From Blastocystis sp. Blastoise (taxonomy: Eukaryota; Protista; Bigyra: Opalinata), in NCBI GenBank assembly GCA_039096225.1, contig JBBPEB010000015.1, forward strand, positions 1,550,001-1,614,000: DNA of 64,000 bases. The letters run 5' to 3'. The translations under genes and the position numbers were made by a program. Each line of letters opens with the position of its first letter. Position 1 is the stretch's first letter. The notes under the pieces were generated by a model. That model was given only the letters and a program-made list of their open reading frames with translations, did not search any database and had not been told where the DNA came from. Shown here in pieces: positions 31,895-53,907 of this stretch.

Positions 31895-34175
31895 TTAAAT
31901 TAAAAAGAATAAGAAACTCTAATTTATTAATTAATTTCTTAGATTTAGAAAAAGCTTATGATACTGTTCCTCATAAGATATTATTAAATATTCTTCATAT
32001 GATGAATTTTCCTAATAATATTATTAACATAATAAAGAGTTGGTATGATAATGCTTCTACTAAAATTAGATATGATAATCATCAATATACTTCTTCTATA
32101 CATCTTCATAGAGGTATTCGTCAAGGTGATCCTCTTTCTCCTCTATTATTTAATATTATTATAGATCCTCTTCTTAAATATATTAATAATAATAATAATA
32201 ATAATAATATGAAAGTACAAATAAAAGATAATGATACTATAATATTAGAATCAAATGCATATGCTTATGCTGATGATATAGTATTATTATCAAATTGTAC
32301 TAATGATAATAATATTTTATTAGAAAGAGTAGGTGAAGTATTAGATTATTATTCTATGAAATTGAGTGTTTCAAAATGTAAATGTATGGGAATGAAGATG
32401 AGTGATGATAGAAATAGAAAATTAGAATATACTATTACTTCCCCTATTTATAAGAATGAATCAATTCCTATAATGAATGAAGAAGAAACTGTAAGATATC
32501 TTGGTTGTCCTATTTCTTATATATATACAAAAAGAAGAGAATTTTGGGTAGATAATATAAAGAAAGTAAGTGAACGATTATCTTGTTTAAATAATAGTTT
32601 ATTAACTCCTTGTCAAAAAATTAATGTAGTAAAACAATATATCTTACCTTGTTTAGAATTCTTATTTAGAAATGGTGATATGAATAAAAATGATATTACT
32701 CTTATTGATACTACTATAAAACAATATATAATGAATTGGTTAGGAACTGGTACTAATCTACCTTCTCACTTCTTTAGTACTCCTATTAATAATGGTGGTT
32801 TAGGTATTATGCAATTAATTGATAGATATTATATAGGAAAGATATCTTTAATTGCTAGAATGGCTGTTTCTGATGATTCTCAAATTAGAAATATTCTTCA
32901 ATATACTATTAATAAATCTTCATTAACTAATGATTTATTTATGATACCTAATCCTATTGATTACTTAGATAATAATAATGATAATAATAATATTCCTGAA
33001 AATCATAAGAATGATTTATTATTCTTTCAATGGTTAATTAATGATAATCATAAAATAGTAAAAGGAAGAATAGAAAATGGTAATATAATAATACATGATA
33101 CTCCATATGAATCATTAACAAATTTCTTTCCTTATCTTCGTAAAGCTGTAGATGCTGCTTATAAACTTGGTGTTAATATAGCTTATATAGATCCTAACGA
33201 TATATCTTTAGGTATTAAAATAAAATTAATAGATAAAGATATTCCTGAATTAAATACTACTATTCCTTATGAGAAAGTAAGAAGAACGATATGTAAAGAA
33301 ATTAATAATTTATTGAAGAAGAAACATTCAAAACAATTATTAAATAATTATGAGAATACTTATTATTATAAATATTTAGATAATAATATAGAAAGTAATA
33401 GATGGTTATTTAATGGTAAGAGATGTCATCCTATGAAATATTCTGCTTTAATCAATATAAGAATGAGAACAGCATTTACTGGTTCTCAATCTTTCTTATA
33501 TAATAAGAAGAGATCTCCTAAGATTAATGATACTGAAGCTCTTTGTCCTTATTGTTTAGAACATAATAAAAGAGCTATTCATAATTTGAATCATATTCTT
33601 ACTACATGTGATAGAATTACAGATAATAATGGAATAGGTGGTTTAATTACAAATAGACATAATCAAATATTAAATAATTTATATAAGAAATTAATAAGAA
33701 AATATAAATTAGGAGAATATAGAATAAGTATAGATAAATCATTATCAACTTCCTTTGGTAATGATATATTTAATAGAAATATGAATAATCTTCGTCCTGA
33801 TATAGTAATTATTCCTACAAATCCAAATAACAAAGATATAATAATAGCAGATGTAGGTATAGCATATGAAGGATCTTCTAATCAAATAGATCCTCTTCAA
33901 ACAATGAAACAGAAGAAAGATCATGATTATGATAATGTAATAGAAATATTGAATAATAATGGTTATAGAGTAAGTAATTATTCTTTAATCTTTGGTTCTT
34001 CTGGAGTTATTCCTAAAGATACTTTAAATAATCTTAGAAAGATATTAGATATTTCTAAGAAGAATGTATCTTATTATGCTTCTATATTAAATAATATTAT
34101 CTTAGATTGGTCATATAAATTCTGGTTAAAATCTCTTCCTGATAGTCATACTATTTCTACTCATTTAAGAGATTC

Positions 34176-34216
<41 letters not shown>

Positions 34217-34227
34217 TATCTCAATAA
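31895..34227 (+). CDS. Non-LTR retrotransposon ORF, C-terminal part (RT subdomains 3-7, CCHC knuckle, restriction-like endonuclease)
   Basis: Contains FLDLEKAYDTVPH, GIRQGDPLSPLLFN, YADD, RYLG, GGLG, CPYC...HILTTC, RHNQI and RPDIV...DVGI. This is R2/NeSL/R4-type RLE architecture. Confidence 0.95.
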
Positions 34228-34529
34228 TTTAAATTAATATATCATATTAATTTATCTTTTATTGATATTTTATTCATTTACTTTCTTTTATTTTCAATTT
34301 TTTTCTACTATTCATTCTATATTATTTTAATACTTCATACTTCTATATATACTCAAAATCAATCATCTTCTTCTTATTTCTTCATTATATTCTTCTATTA
34401 TCAATTCTATTCAAATATCTATGATTTATATGTAATTATCTTTATGTTAAATGAAGTCTTCAATTTTACTAGATTTTATATATATACCTTACATATAGTA
34501 TTAATTATTAATTTTATTCAAAATTTTAT

Positions 34530-35230
34530 GATTGTGTCCCAAAACACAATTAATAGTTGATATTATATTTATATATATATAATCAATTGAAATTTTCAAA
34601 TTTAGAACTCTAATGGAATCAGGAAATCAATTTATGTTTTGGAATATATATACTTTTATATATACATTTTCATATAGACGTCCTCTCTAAAATCGATTTT
34701 TCATTACCTTCTAGATGGTCTTATAGGCTCTATTATACCTCAAACATCTTGTATTGAGCTATATTTGGTTTATTTATCATTCAAATTTTGATTCTGAAAA
34801 TTTCATTTTTTATGATATTTTTCACTATTTCAAAATTTTGACTAAGTTACCCAAAAAATTAATTTCCTTATTTGTGTTCCAAAACACAATAAAATCCAAC
34901 TAGGATATCTATCAACTACAAATAAGTGGTTTTCTTCAAATTTAGAATTCTAATAGAGTCAAGAGAACTAATTTAATGTTTTCATATTATCTCTCCTATT
35001 ACTAAGTCAAGCCGAAATTAACTTAAAAATATTGAGTTTTCTAAAATTTTAAAATTTCATTAGATACTACTCCTTCCTCTTCATATTAATATATATTCCA
35101 ATTTTCATAAGTCTCTCTACTTTACTACTTATACATCATTTTATGCTAAAATTTTCAATATACTTCTCATTATTATCGTTTTTTCTCAGTATTCAAAGCG
35201 CACATGATTGTGTTCCTTGGCAATAATATT
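34530..35230. repeat. Diverged ~340-bp-period repeat with TTGTGT-n6-ACACAA palindromes
   Basis: 'ttgtgt(c/t)ccaaaacacaat...tcaaatttagaa.tctaat' at ~34532 and ~34872, with a partial third copy at ~35208. Confidence 0.6.
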
Positions 35231-37083
35231 GTTCATTACTTCTATTATTACATTTCTTATTAAATAAATATTCTCATATTTCTTATTTTTCATCTTCATT
35301 TTTATACTTTTATCAAAATCATGATTCTCATTTTTTATCATATACTCTATATTCTATTAACTGATTCTCTCTTAAATATTTTTCATCCAAAACTTATTTA
35401 TTCTCATATGATGAATTATTTCATCTCATTATTAAATCCATCTTTTTTATTCTATTTTGATCTCTCTTTCTCTCTATTATCACAAATTTATATAATTCAA
35501 TAATTTTTAAATATATATACATATATATATATATAGATTTCTCTCCTCTATATATATATATATAAACCATATTTTATTTTTCTTTTATATATTTATTTTA
35601 TAATTTTATTAAATTTAAAATAGGACATATTTTAATATAATATTAATTAATTTTAATAATAAAATAAAAATATTTTTTATAATATTTTTTATATAATATA
35701 TTACTATGCCTTATATTTATATATATATACATATATATAAATATAATATTATGACCTTTGTTTTATTAATAATATAAGATTTCTTTAATTTTATTATCAT
35801 ATATCTTATATTATCTAAAGATATATATATATATAGATATTTTATCATATATATAGTTAGGAACTATATAGATCAAAAACTCCTACCTATCCTGTCCTAT
35901 AGGCAAAAAATTAAAAAACTAAAACTTTTTTTATATAATTCTTGTTTTTGACGTCCCTCTTTGGATGTCTTTTTCTCCATGATGACATGGAGTTTTTGTT
36001 TAGTTTTTGATCTTAAAATAAAGTTGACTTTCTCAATTTTATTATTATTTTATTTTTATTTGTGTTTCTCTGTTCCTTATCTTTCTTTTCTCTTGTTTAA
36101 ATTAATTGGTTCGATCCCGGGTCAAGGCGATTTCTTTTTATGTTTTTAACTATTTTATTATTTTTTTTGTTTGTTCAATACTGATGTATTTATTGTTTTT
36201 GTGACATATTCTTATCTTATGTATTGATGCTACTGATTTAGGAATGAAATAATAGAATACTAACTAATTATTGTTAAAGAGACAATAATAAAATACTTTA
36301 GAAAGCAAGAATATATGTTAAAATCATGTAACGTATCGTTATAATACATTTAGAAGAGCTTAAAAGTGAACATAAAACAGTAATGTATCCATATGATTAA
36401 TTACTTATTGATATTCTTGTTCTTGTCGATTATTATATATATTCTTCTAATCTTAGTTCTAAAAAATAATAATAAAACTATAGTTTATAAATACTCTAGT
36501 TATATTATTGAAATTCTTATGGTTGCCATTAAGAGAAAACCGAGTTTAATTACTTGTACTGATGAACTTTATTTCATCTTATTTATTAAAGATGAAATAA
36601 GATATAAATATCGAATTCAAATAGTGAATATCCGTGATCAAATTAAAAGAAGACAGTCAATTCCCTTTTTCATAGAAATTAGAAATATTTGGTGCTTTTA
36701 CAGTTTTCTTTGCGGTTATCGTTTCTTCGTGGGTTAATCATATCAATTTAAAATAATATCAAAACACCGTCGAATATTCATAAAAATAATGAATGCTGAT
36801 TCCCGTGAATAAAAGCTTTCAATAAGAGAAGAATTATCTAGAACAATCAAGAACAATTTTCTCGATAATTCAGGTCTGTGAAAGTTTTCCACAGGACACT
36901 TTGGAAATCATCATGAATAGCCAATCATCTCTTGAATTTCATTCATAAAGTGTTTTTTGATTCGCTAATTTTATTTTTCTGCAATCTTATTTGCCAAAAA
37001 GCCTATTTTCTTTTTATGCTTAATTTTTCCATACAATTTTCTTATATAAATTTTTGAAAGGAACTCTTATAAAAACACAAATT

Positions 37084-38746
37084 ATGTCGGATCAAGGATA
37101 TGTATATTCTCTATTAATATATCAAATATTATTTCTATTCATTTTTTATACTTATATGAATACCATGATGCAAGTTTTCGATACTTGAAATGCGTGGTTT
37201 TCCTTTTTTTATTGTTTTTATCATTTATTTGTATTGTATATTTTAATTATATATTCAGGATGATTCAAATGCTTTGAAACGACGAAAGAGAAAACATAGA
37301 AAGGCTCCTGAAGCGCCTAAAAAGCCTTTAACTCCCTATATATTCTATTCAAAGGAGATGAGAGATGCAGTCAAAGATTCTTTAGATCCAAATTCAAAAG
37401 TGACAGATATCATCAAGGCTATTGCAAATAAATGGAAAGCATTATCTGAAGAAGAGAAAGAACCTTATAATAAAAAGGCATCTGAAGATAAAGATCGATA
37501 TTCTAGAGAAATGGATGCATATGATGGACCTATGCAAATACCAATAAATAATAAGAAAAATCGAAAAAATTCAAAACATCCAGTATGTTTTTTCTGATAT
37601 ATATATATGTTTTATTACTTTTTTTTATAAATATATTATTACATGTTTTGTTTTATATATAGTATATAATTATTAACTTTCTATATATTATTGCATATAT
37701 CTTGATTTATAATTATGCTATTATTATTGTTTTATTAATAGTTATTTGTTGTTTTTTTATTTATTGTTTATTTTTTTTTATTTATTCTATGCTATTCTTG
37801 TGATTCTTTATATATATATTTATATATAAAATGTTTCAATTATATATAATATAAATATAGGATGCTCCAAAGAGAGCTATGTCTCCATTTCTCTTCTTTA
37901 GTAAAGAGAGACGTCCTCAATTAAAGGAACAACATGCAGATATGAAAATAACAGAAATATCTACTATTTTAGGACGTATGTGGAGAGATCTTACTGATGA
38001 AGAAAAACTACCGTATATATATATTGTTTAATATTATGAATATAATATATATATTTTTATGATATCTTGATAATTGTTGTTTTATATGATTTTACTATTT
38101 ATTTCTTTATATACTTTCTTTATTGATATATATATATATATATATATGTATATGTATAGTTATTTAGAGAGTAGTAAAGAAGATAGAACAAGATACAATT
38201 CTGCTCAAAATAAATTTAAACAACAACAAGAAATATCTGTATATATGATATTATCTCATATAATAATCATAATCATAATCATAATAATAATAATTTATTA
38301 TAATAATCATAATATTTTTATAATAATTATAATTATAATCATAATCATAATCATAATCATAATAAAACATTCTCTATTGTTATTTTCTTAGCATATTCCC
38401 CCTCCTCTCATCCCTCACAGTATCCCTTCTGTACAATCACAAAGTACATGGCTACAACCAAATAACTATCCTTCTATGTCTTCAAGTGTGGTATACCCGC
38501 GGTTATCTCATGAAGTGCAAACAAATAATAATAATTATGCTGCAATTCCATCAAATATATCCATTCCTTATCATTTTGGTATATATTACATTTATTTTTA
38601 TTATTAATTGAATTATTATTATTATGTTTATTATTATTTTATTAATTGAATTATTATTATATTATTATATTTTATATATGTCAATAATCATTATACGGTT
38701 TATATATATTATAGATATAAGTCAAAATTCTGGAATGAATATGTAA
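37084..38746 (+). CDS. HMG-box protein (two HMG boxes), about 6 exons
   Basis: PEAPKKPLTPYIFYSKE...IANKWKALSEEEKEPY and PDAPKRAMSPFLFFSKERR...LGRMWRDLTDEEK. Confidence 0.9.
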
Positions 38747-39215
38747 TATATTCTGTATGTTCTTTACTTCAGATACTGTCTATGTTCCATCTTGAAATCT
38801 ATTCATATTGTTATTTATCTTATTTGCTGCTCTTTCTTTTCTTCTTCTCTTTTTTTTTATTATTTTCACTAATTATTTATTTTGGCTTTTCATATTTTTT
38901 TATTGTTACACTTTTTTTCTTCTTGTGTCATAGTTAATTTGTTTTCATGTAAAGGTTTATAGTAATCATATATTCTTTGTTTAGATTGCCATTTTTTTTC
39001 ATGTTTACATTGAATAGATAATTTTAAAAAACTATTTTATTATTTTTGAAGAATCAATAATTTTTCTAATATTGTCAAATAAGAAACAAACGGGCAATTG
39101 AATAAATATGTGATAAAAAAATGTCATTTTATATACATTAAAATATATGATTCTAAACAGATATATTTATACATTACGTGACAATAGGTATGAATAATAA
39201 TACATAGACAACTGT

Positions 39216-40149
39216 TTAAATATGTTGAACTTGAATTCCTTCCTTAGTAAGTATTTTAACTGTATAATGAGGAAGATTGACAAGGAATCTTGATTTTATT
39301 TCAGTAGTTATTTTATTAAGAAGATCATAACCTTCTTCTAAAGTCATATCCTCCTATATATATATATGAAAAATATTAATTAGATAGAATAAACAAAATA
39401 TATATATATAATAAAAATAATAAAAAATATAAATATAATAAAAATATATATATAATAAAAACATAAATATAATAAAAAATACTAATTAAACATAATAAAA
39501 AATATAAATATAATAAAAAAATGTAAATACAATAAAAAATATAAATATAAAATAAAACAATATATAAATATATCTATCATACGTGCCAAAAACGATCAAA
39601 AATGGACATTAAGAAATAGGCTACATAACCATGTGAAGAATAATTGACTCTTTGAAGAGTACCTAAGTAATCTAAATAATAAAGAGAAGGAATAGAATCA
39701 TCTAAACCGCCAAGAATTAAATTGACTTCATAAGGATGATTACGAATAAAATATGCAACCTATATGTACGTAAAAAAAAATATAGTATATAAATAGAATA
39801 TGAGAAATTTTTTTTATTGAATATATTATTATAACGTTAATTTTATTTAATTAATGATAATTATATAAATAAACTAACTTACAGAATTTCTAAATGATGA
39901 AGCAGTAGCTTCCATATCGATTTCTTTATTTGTTCTGACCTTATGTAAATTAAAGTTACCAACAAGGTAATCAGATAACTGTTTTCTATCACCTACAGGA
40001 CCACTAGAACCAAACATCTTTGTTTTACTGAAGGCAAGAATCTTGTCTTCATCATCTTTATAAGTAAGAATAGAACTGATTACTGAAGAATCAGCAGCAA
40101 TGACTACGTAATCTTTTCCAACGAAACCAAATAATGCTTCCATAGACAT
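39216..40149 (-). CDS. PSMB2: 20S proteasome subunit beta-4 (PSMB2/PRE1), 3 exons
   Basis: MEALFGFVGKDYVVIAADS..., PYEVNLILGG, LLYLDYLGTL, HGYVAYFLMSIFDR and RFLVNLP. Confidence 0.92.
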
Positions 40150-40436
40150 TTTAATAGTGTTTACTTTTTAAATGGGAGAATATGAGTATTTATAAAAATA
40201 ACTTTTCTTTTTCATAAAAAAGAAAAGAAGATTGTTCTACCATGGTTATTAAATAATGTTGACTAATTTATTCTTTTTTTTCTAGGGAATGATTATTTTT
40301 TAGATTCCTTTTATTTCTTATTCAATCTATTTGATTTATTACAATACGAGTTAGCAGAATCATTACATTACATCTATATCATACATATATCTGAAAAATC
40401 TTTCATTTTATTATTCGATCTAGTTTATTCATAAAA

Positions 40437-44281
<3,845 letters not shown>

Positions 44282-44541
44282 ATACTATAAATTGTAATTA
44301 CTTTTTCACTTTTTTCATTTTCTTAATGAATTATTTGTGAGTTTTTCTTTCTTTCTTGTTTTAAATTACTTGTTCAAATTTTGATTTTAGTTTATTTATT
44401 AGTATTATTTTTGCATATACTGAAACAAAAATTAAAATATTTTTAAATAATAGAAAACAATTGGAGGAAAAAACAATATAAAAGATAATATACATTGATT
44501 ACACAACACAACAGCATATAATTTGTATAGTAGAAAAACAT

Positions 44542-46072
<1,531 letters not shown>

Positions 46073-46386
46073 TTAATTCTATTTTAAATAAATAAATAAT
46101 TATCTTATAGAAAATTGAATACAATCAGCAAACCTGACAGTCATATCTGTATGACACACAGATCTTTTTTGTCTGTAAATAGAATAAAGCCAGTTAGATT
46201 GGATGGTTATGAAAATCGTAACTGACTGTCAGTCATAGGTCGTGTTTTCGAAAGAATTCTTTTTTGTTTATACACGGTTTTTCTATGTGTCTTCAATACA
46301 ACCTTTTATTAAGGAGCCTTTTGTTTCCATGAATATTAATATTAGAATTTTGATATTTATTAGTTATTCTATTTAATAAATATAAT

Positions 46387-47086
46387 ATGATTCCTATTGT
46401 TGCAAATGATTCAAATTGTAGAAAATGTTCAATCATCACGATTGGATTAGTATGTTTGGCTATTGCTGTTGGAGTTCTTGGATTATCCTATACACCACCA
46501 GTAATTATTCCAGAAGATGACCCACTTGGAGTTAACGTTACAAAATGGGACTGTGGTGATTCTACATATATTGCTAGATATCAGAAATTTCAGTCAAACA
46601 AAGCTTCTCGTGGTAAGTTATTAGAAGTATATTTTTCAGAAGGAGTAAAGAATGAACCCTATGAAATAACTACGTCTACAGGTAATATGAAAGCCTATTT
46701 TGGAATTGTATATTTTTTAAACATTATAATTATATATATATAATTTATATGAAAAATATATATTATAAATAATTAAATGATATATATGAATAAACAAGGA
46801 TTTTCTTATAAATTAGTTCTTATCTATATATATAGTTTAAAGTGATGGACACAACATTTAATACATGTGAACCTTCAGTGGTTAGTATGCCTTTGGGACT
46901 AGGTAATATAACTGTGTCGGGTATGAATTGTCCTAATGGTAAAAATAACCAGCCCATGTTTAAATTATCTGTAGTTGTCCCAGAAATAACACCAAATGTA
47001 TATATATGTGTTTAAAGTTAATAATAATAATAATAATTTAGATAATAATAATTTAGATAATAATAATTTAGATAATAATAATTTAG

Positions 47087-47177
<91 letters not shown>

Positions 47178-47190
47178 TAATAATAATAAC

Positions 47191-47272
<82 letters not shown>

Positions 47273-47416
47273 TAATATAATATAATATAGGGATTGATGA
47301 AATTTGTAGCTGATACGAAGACTCAGGATAATAAGAAATGGTTTTGTGTAGCTGCATCTTTTAACTTTAAAGATTTGGAACCAGTTGAAACTCCAACTAC
47401 AGCTCCTACTGTATAA
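46387..47416 (+). CDS. ML-domain (NPC2/GM2-activator-like lipid-binding) protein with an N-terminal anchor, 3 exons
   Basis: Hydrophobic N-terminus, WDCG, TFNTC...MNCP, and a C-terminal WFCV beta-strand pattern. Confidence 0.6.
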
Positions 47417-48048
47417 AATACTATGTAGATATATATTAGTATTATACTATTCTATATTCAATATGATATTACATAAGAAATATATTATTTAATTTGAGGT
47501 GTTTTTGTATATATATTTACTTTTGTTTGTTAAAAAGATATTTTCCTTTTTACGATATAATGAATAATTGTCAAGTACTTTGAAAAAAATTTTGGGTTGT
47601 AAAATATATTAATAATTTTTTTTTTTCATTTCAAATTTAATAGAAATATTAAAGAATAACTAGAAATATAAATAGAAGATAATGAATGAAATGACAAAAA
47701 GTAATGAATAATGATACTCATAAAAAAGTAGATGAAGATAAATGAAGGATAGATATAATATGGAGGAAGAAAGAGATTATATAATAATAGCTATTTGCAA
47801 AAGCGGATTTATAAGTATATATGTATTTAAAAAGATATAACAAAAGAAATAGTTAAATATAAATGTATTTATAAAAAAAGTAGAAAAAAAGAAGAAGAGA
47901 ATGTATATAAAGTAATAATAACAAATAAAAGAAAAGGAAATATACTATGGTACAATAAAAGTAAAAATCACAGTATTAAACATAGAATGATAAAGAATTG
48001 ACAAAATAATATAGAATGTTTTCTATTAATAGTTATATATATTATATT

Positions 48049-49225
<1,177 letters not shown>

Positions 49226-50081
49226 TTAAAATAAGATGTTACTTTTAAGAATCAATACAATAATAAGATGTTTTTTCTATTCTATTATAAGATTCAAAGT
49301 GAAGAAAAATATCTGTTTCATCAAAAAGAAGAATTTTTTTCAGATGACAACCCTTTTTTTTATCCCAGAATTTTCTTTTGGAAACATTTCTCATTATTTT
49401 ATTGTTTTTTCTATAGAAAAGAATCTTAGTTATTCTACTTATTTATTATCACAGTTATCTATATTTCATTTTATACTTTAGAATTCAAATAAATATTAGT
49501 TAAATCTAATTATATGAACAACTATAAGGTTGTTATCGTAGCACATTTTGACAACATTCTTTTATCAATAGTATTATACTACCTACAGTAATTGAATCCA
49601 GATGAAGCTGGACTGGAAATACTTTATTCAAGTATTGAAAGGTGTTCCTTTTTATTAATTATCCACATGACATGTTTTTGCTATCATTTAAAAGAATAAT
49701 TACGGGTTGCTATATTGCTCTTCAATGATATCATAACAAAGAATACAAATTGATCGTTGTTTTGTACAATGAAATTGAAAATTTGTGAAGTGGTGAGTCA
49801 TTGTGTTGACTTATATTTTATTATTTATTACCTATGTTTCTGTGATATACATTTTGTAAAATGTTGTTAATATATAATATATTGTAAAAATTTTGATGAT
49901 ATATCATAGAAATATATATACAAAAACAAAAAACAAACAAGAAATTATTTGATTGAACAAAGTAAATAAAAAGAACATAAAAATTGGAAAACAAACAAAT
50001 AGAATAATATGTAATAGTTCAAATATAAATGGTTATATACATTGATAAAAACAAATGAAAATTAATAAATATCTAGTTCAT

Positions 50082-50335
50082 TTATCGTTGTCTTCCATAT
50101 TTCGTTTTCCCGCCATATTTTGTAATACGTGGCGCCTTTCCAATTCCAAAAGCACCTTTCTTCGAAGTATTACGCTTATTACCCTTGTGATGTTTCAGCT
50201 TCCATCTATTTCTACCTGATAATACACGTTCACCAGTAGATGTGTTTACTGAAGCTCTAGGAGCAGATTTCAATGTTTCCATTGTCATAGCAAATGACTG
50301 TAAAGAAATAAATAAATAAATAAAATAAATAAATA

Positions 50336-50381
<46 letters not shown>

Positions 50382-53300
50382 GTAAAGGATCATTCTTCTT
50401 CTTTTTCAAATATATATTCCTAAAGTATAATAATAATAATATATATAATAACTAAAATACTTTCTACTTCCGTTAGCAGCTGTTGCACGATGTGTAACAC
50501 TATTCTTGAGTCCCTCAGGAAGAAGGTAGTCTGGAACATCCCTTAAATGGGCCTTAACACGACGCGGGAGCAATGGGCGGGCATGATGTAATAAATTAAG
50601 TTCTTGTGGATTATCTTCAAAATGGGATTGCAATACAGTATTATTAAATAATTCTTGTTGAATTTCTTTAATACGACTTTCTTTAATAGCTATACGTGTA
50701 ACTGCACGACGAACATCTTCAACTCTATATCTGAAGGATTCGATTTCTTTCATATTAAATGGCAGAGGAGACGGTTGAGCAACACCATTATTAAGAGGAA
50801 GGGTATTTTGTAAAGTATGTAATAAAGTAGTTGCACCTTCATCATTATCATGAATAAAACTTAAAGCAATACCTGTAGAATAATATAGATAATAGAATGA
50901 TAATAAATAATAGAATAATATAGATAATAGAATGATAATAAATAATAGAATAATATAGATAATAGAATGATAATAAATAATAGAATAATATAGATAATAG
51001 AATGATAATATAATATAATAATGATCCTATAGATAATAAATAATAAAATAATATAGATAATAGACTATACCTGTATTTCCAGCTCTAGCAGTTCTTCCAA
51101 TTCTATGTATATAGCTGGTCTTGGTTAGAGGGAAATCAAAATTAATGACACAAGAAACATCTATATACATATGAATATATAATCATAATAAATATAATAA
51201 TATTTGTATATATATATACTTTTGAAATCGATACCTCTACTAACATCATATTCTGTTTCATCATTCTATATATATATATATATATAACATATATACATAA
51301 AATATACCTTTTTATTTTGTTGTTTCTTCTTGTTTTCTTCTTCTTTTATATCATTTAAATCAAATTCATAATTGAAATCTGGTAATTCATCACTATTTTC
51401 TTCTTCTTCTTTTTCATTATCATTATCACTTTTATCTTCTTCTTCACTATCTTCACTCATCATAATCATATCATCATCACTATATTCCTTCTCTTCCTCT
51501 TCCTCTTCCTTTTTACTATTCTTTTTATCATCAACATCTTTTTCTTTTTCTTCTTCTTCTTCTTCTTCTTCTTCTATTTTCATTTCTTTTTCACTATTAT
51601 TATCACTATTATCTTCTTCTTCTTCTTCTTCTTTCTCTTCTTCGGATTCCAATAAGTCTAAATCATTCTCACTATTATCTTCTTCATCATCATCTTCTTC
51701 CTTCTTCTTCTTACTTATACTTAACATACTTTCATCTGTAGCAATCAAAAAATCAAACTTACCCTATAAATAAAAATAAATATAATAATAAAAACAATAA
51801 TAATAAATATAATAATAAATATAATAATAATAAATATAATAATAATAAATATAATAATAATAAATATAATAATAATAAATAATAATTCGTTGACATACTT
51901 TATTAAATTGATGAATAATATTTTCTCTTGATTTGACAGGTAATTCACTATTAAGAACAGCAGAAGGAATACTAAACTGCTCAAAGAATAACTTTAAGTA
52001 ATAACATCTATAAAATAAGAATTATTTTAAAATTATTATTATTATTTTTTTAAATAAATAAATAGAGTAAAAAAAACGATATAAATAATATCATAAAAAT
52101 ATATAATTTATAATATATACCTATCAATATTATTAACAAAGAATAAAATTTTTCCTTGAAGAATATTCAGTTTAATTAAGACGAAAATTAAGATATCTTC
52201 ATCTCTTGGTTTTAAGGAGACATAATACTGATTGATACTCTCTATATATTTAATAAAGAATTGAAAATAAAATAATAATAACTAGATATATTTATATAAT
52301 AATAGTTTATATATAATGAATACAAATATATATATATATATAATGAATAAAATAGTATATAAATAAAAAGTATATGAAAAAAGATAAGTATATACTAGTT
52401 TGCTCTTCTTCTATTTTGACAACTACTGGATTAGTAAGAAGTCCTTGACGTAATTTATTAATATCATCATTGAGTGTTGCTGACATAAAGATAGACTAGA
52501 TAGAAAATATAGAATACTAATATAGAATAATAATATAGAATAATAATATAGAATAATAATATAGAATAATAATATAGAATAATAATAGAGATAAAAAATA
52601 GACTTAAAAAAGAATGTATAATGAAATAATGACGATGATTATATATACTTGACATATAGATGGAATATTATTAGTAATAATCTTCATATCTTCTTCGTAA
52701 CCATAAGATAAAGTTAGATCTGCTTCATCAATAACAAGGGTCTGAATATCTTTTAAAGTAATCACTTTCATATTCAGATATTTCTGAACTAGGAATGGAG
52801 TAGATATAAGTATATCAGGATTCTCTGATAAACGAGCTTTCTATTTATATAATAATGATAAATAAAATAATAATAAAATAATAAATAAATAAAATAATAA
52901 TAAAATAATAAATAAATAAAATAATAAATAAAATAAATAATAAATAAATATAATAACAAATAAAATAATAAGCATAATAATATATAGAAATACTTGTATA
53001 TCCACATCTCCATCTTCAATGACTTCACATGAAAATAAATCATTAATATATCTCATAATAGACTTGAATACCTCTTTAGTTTGAAGACATAATTCACGAG
53101 ATGGAGTCAATATAAGAACCTTTATACTACTCTCTATATATATATACATTTTATAATATATATAATAATAAATAAAACAATAATATAATAATAAATAAAA
53201 TAATATCATAAAAACTTACATAATATGTATAATAAAAAAGTAAATATAAACAAAAATAGATACCATTATTTTCACGATAATTTGAAATAAGTTTTTGAAG

Positions 53301-53617
53301 AATAGGAATACCATACGCAATAGTTTTACCCGAACCAGTATTTGCACGAACTAGTAGATCTTTTCCTTCTAAAACTAGAGGGATACATTGACTTTGAACA
53401 ACAGTTGGGTTGTTAAATCCCATATTAGAGAGAGCCTTAACAAGTCTTCTATCAAGACTGAATTCATTAGAATGAAACGTTTTTTGTTTATCTAATAAAT
53501 TGTCATTGATTCTTTGTTGTGGTTCAAACAAAGCAGACGTATTTTCCTATAAAAAAAGATAACAAATAATTGATAAGAAACAATAAAAGCACAATAATCA
53601 ATATATTTGCATACCAT
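50082..53617 (-). CDS. DBP9: DEAD-box RNA helicase DBP9/DDX56, multi-exon
   Basis: [59 protein letters not shown] and [11 protein letters not shown]. Confidence 0.93.
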
Positions 53618-53907
53618 ATTAAGAATTTATATGTAGTTTATAAAAACAAGATATAAATCAATATATTATCAAGATTTATGATGATAATAGCAGAAAATAT
53701 ATTTCCTTAGAATTTATGGAAGTACTGTTTTCTTCCTATAGAATGACGACTTTCTTGTGAATCCTTTAAATACCAGAGAATAATTCAAGATAATTACGAA
53801 TTATTCATTTTTATTTTTTATTTTTTCATTGAATTAAAACGGTTTCACTTTTTTCATATTGTACATTTCTTCCAAATTATATACCTTTCTCTATATAATA
53901 TTCCTTC

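Noticed and set aside
36105-36135. tRNA gene (GGTTCGATCCC B-box)
   Set aside because: Only a T-loop-like motif is present. I found no matching acceptor, D or anticodon arms upstream.
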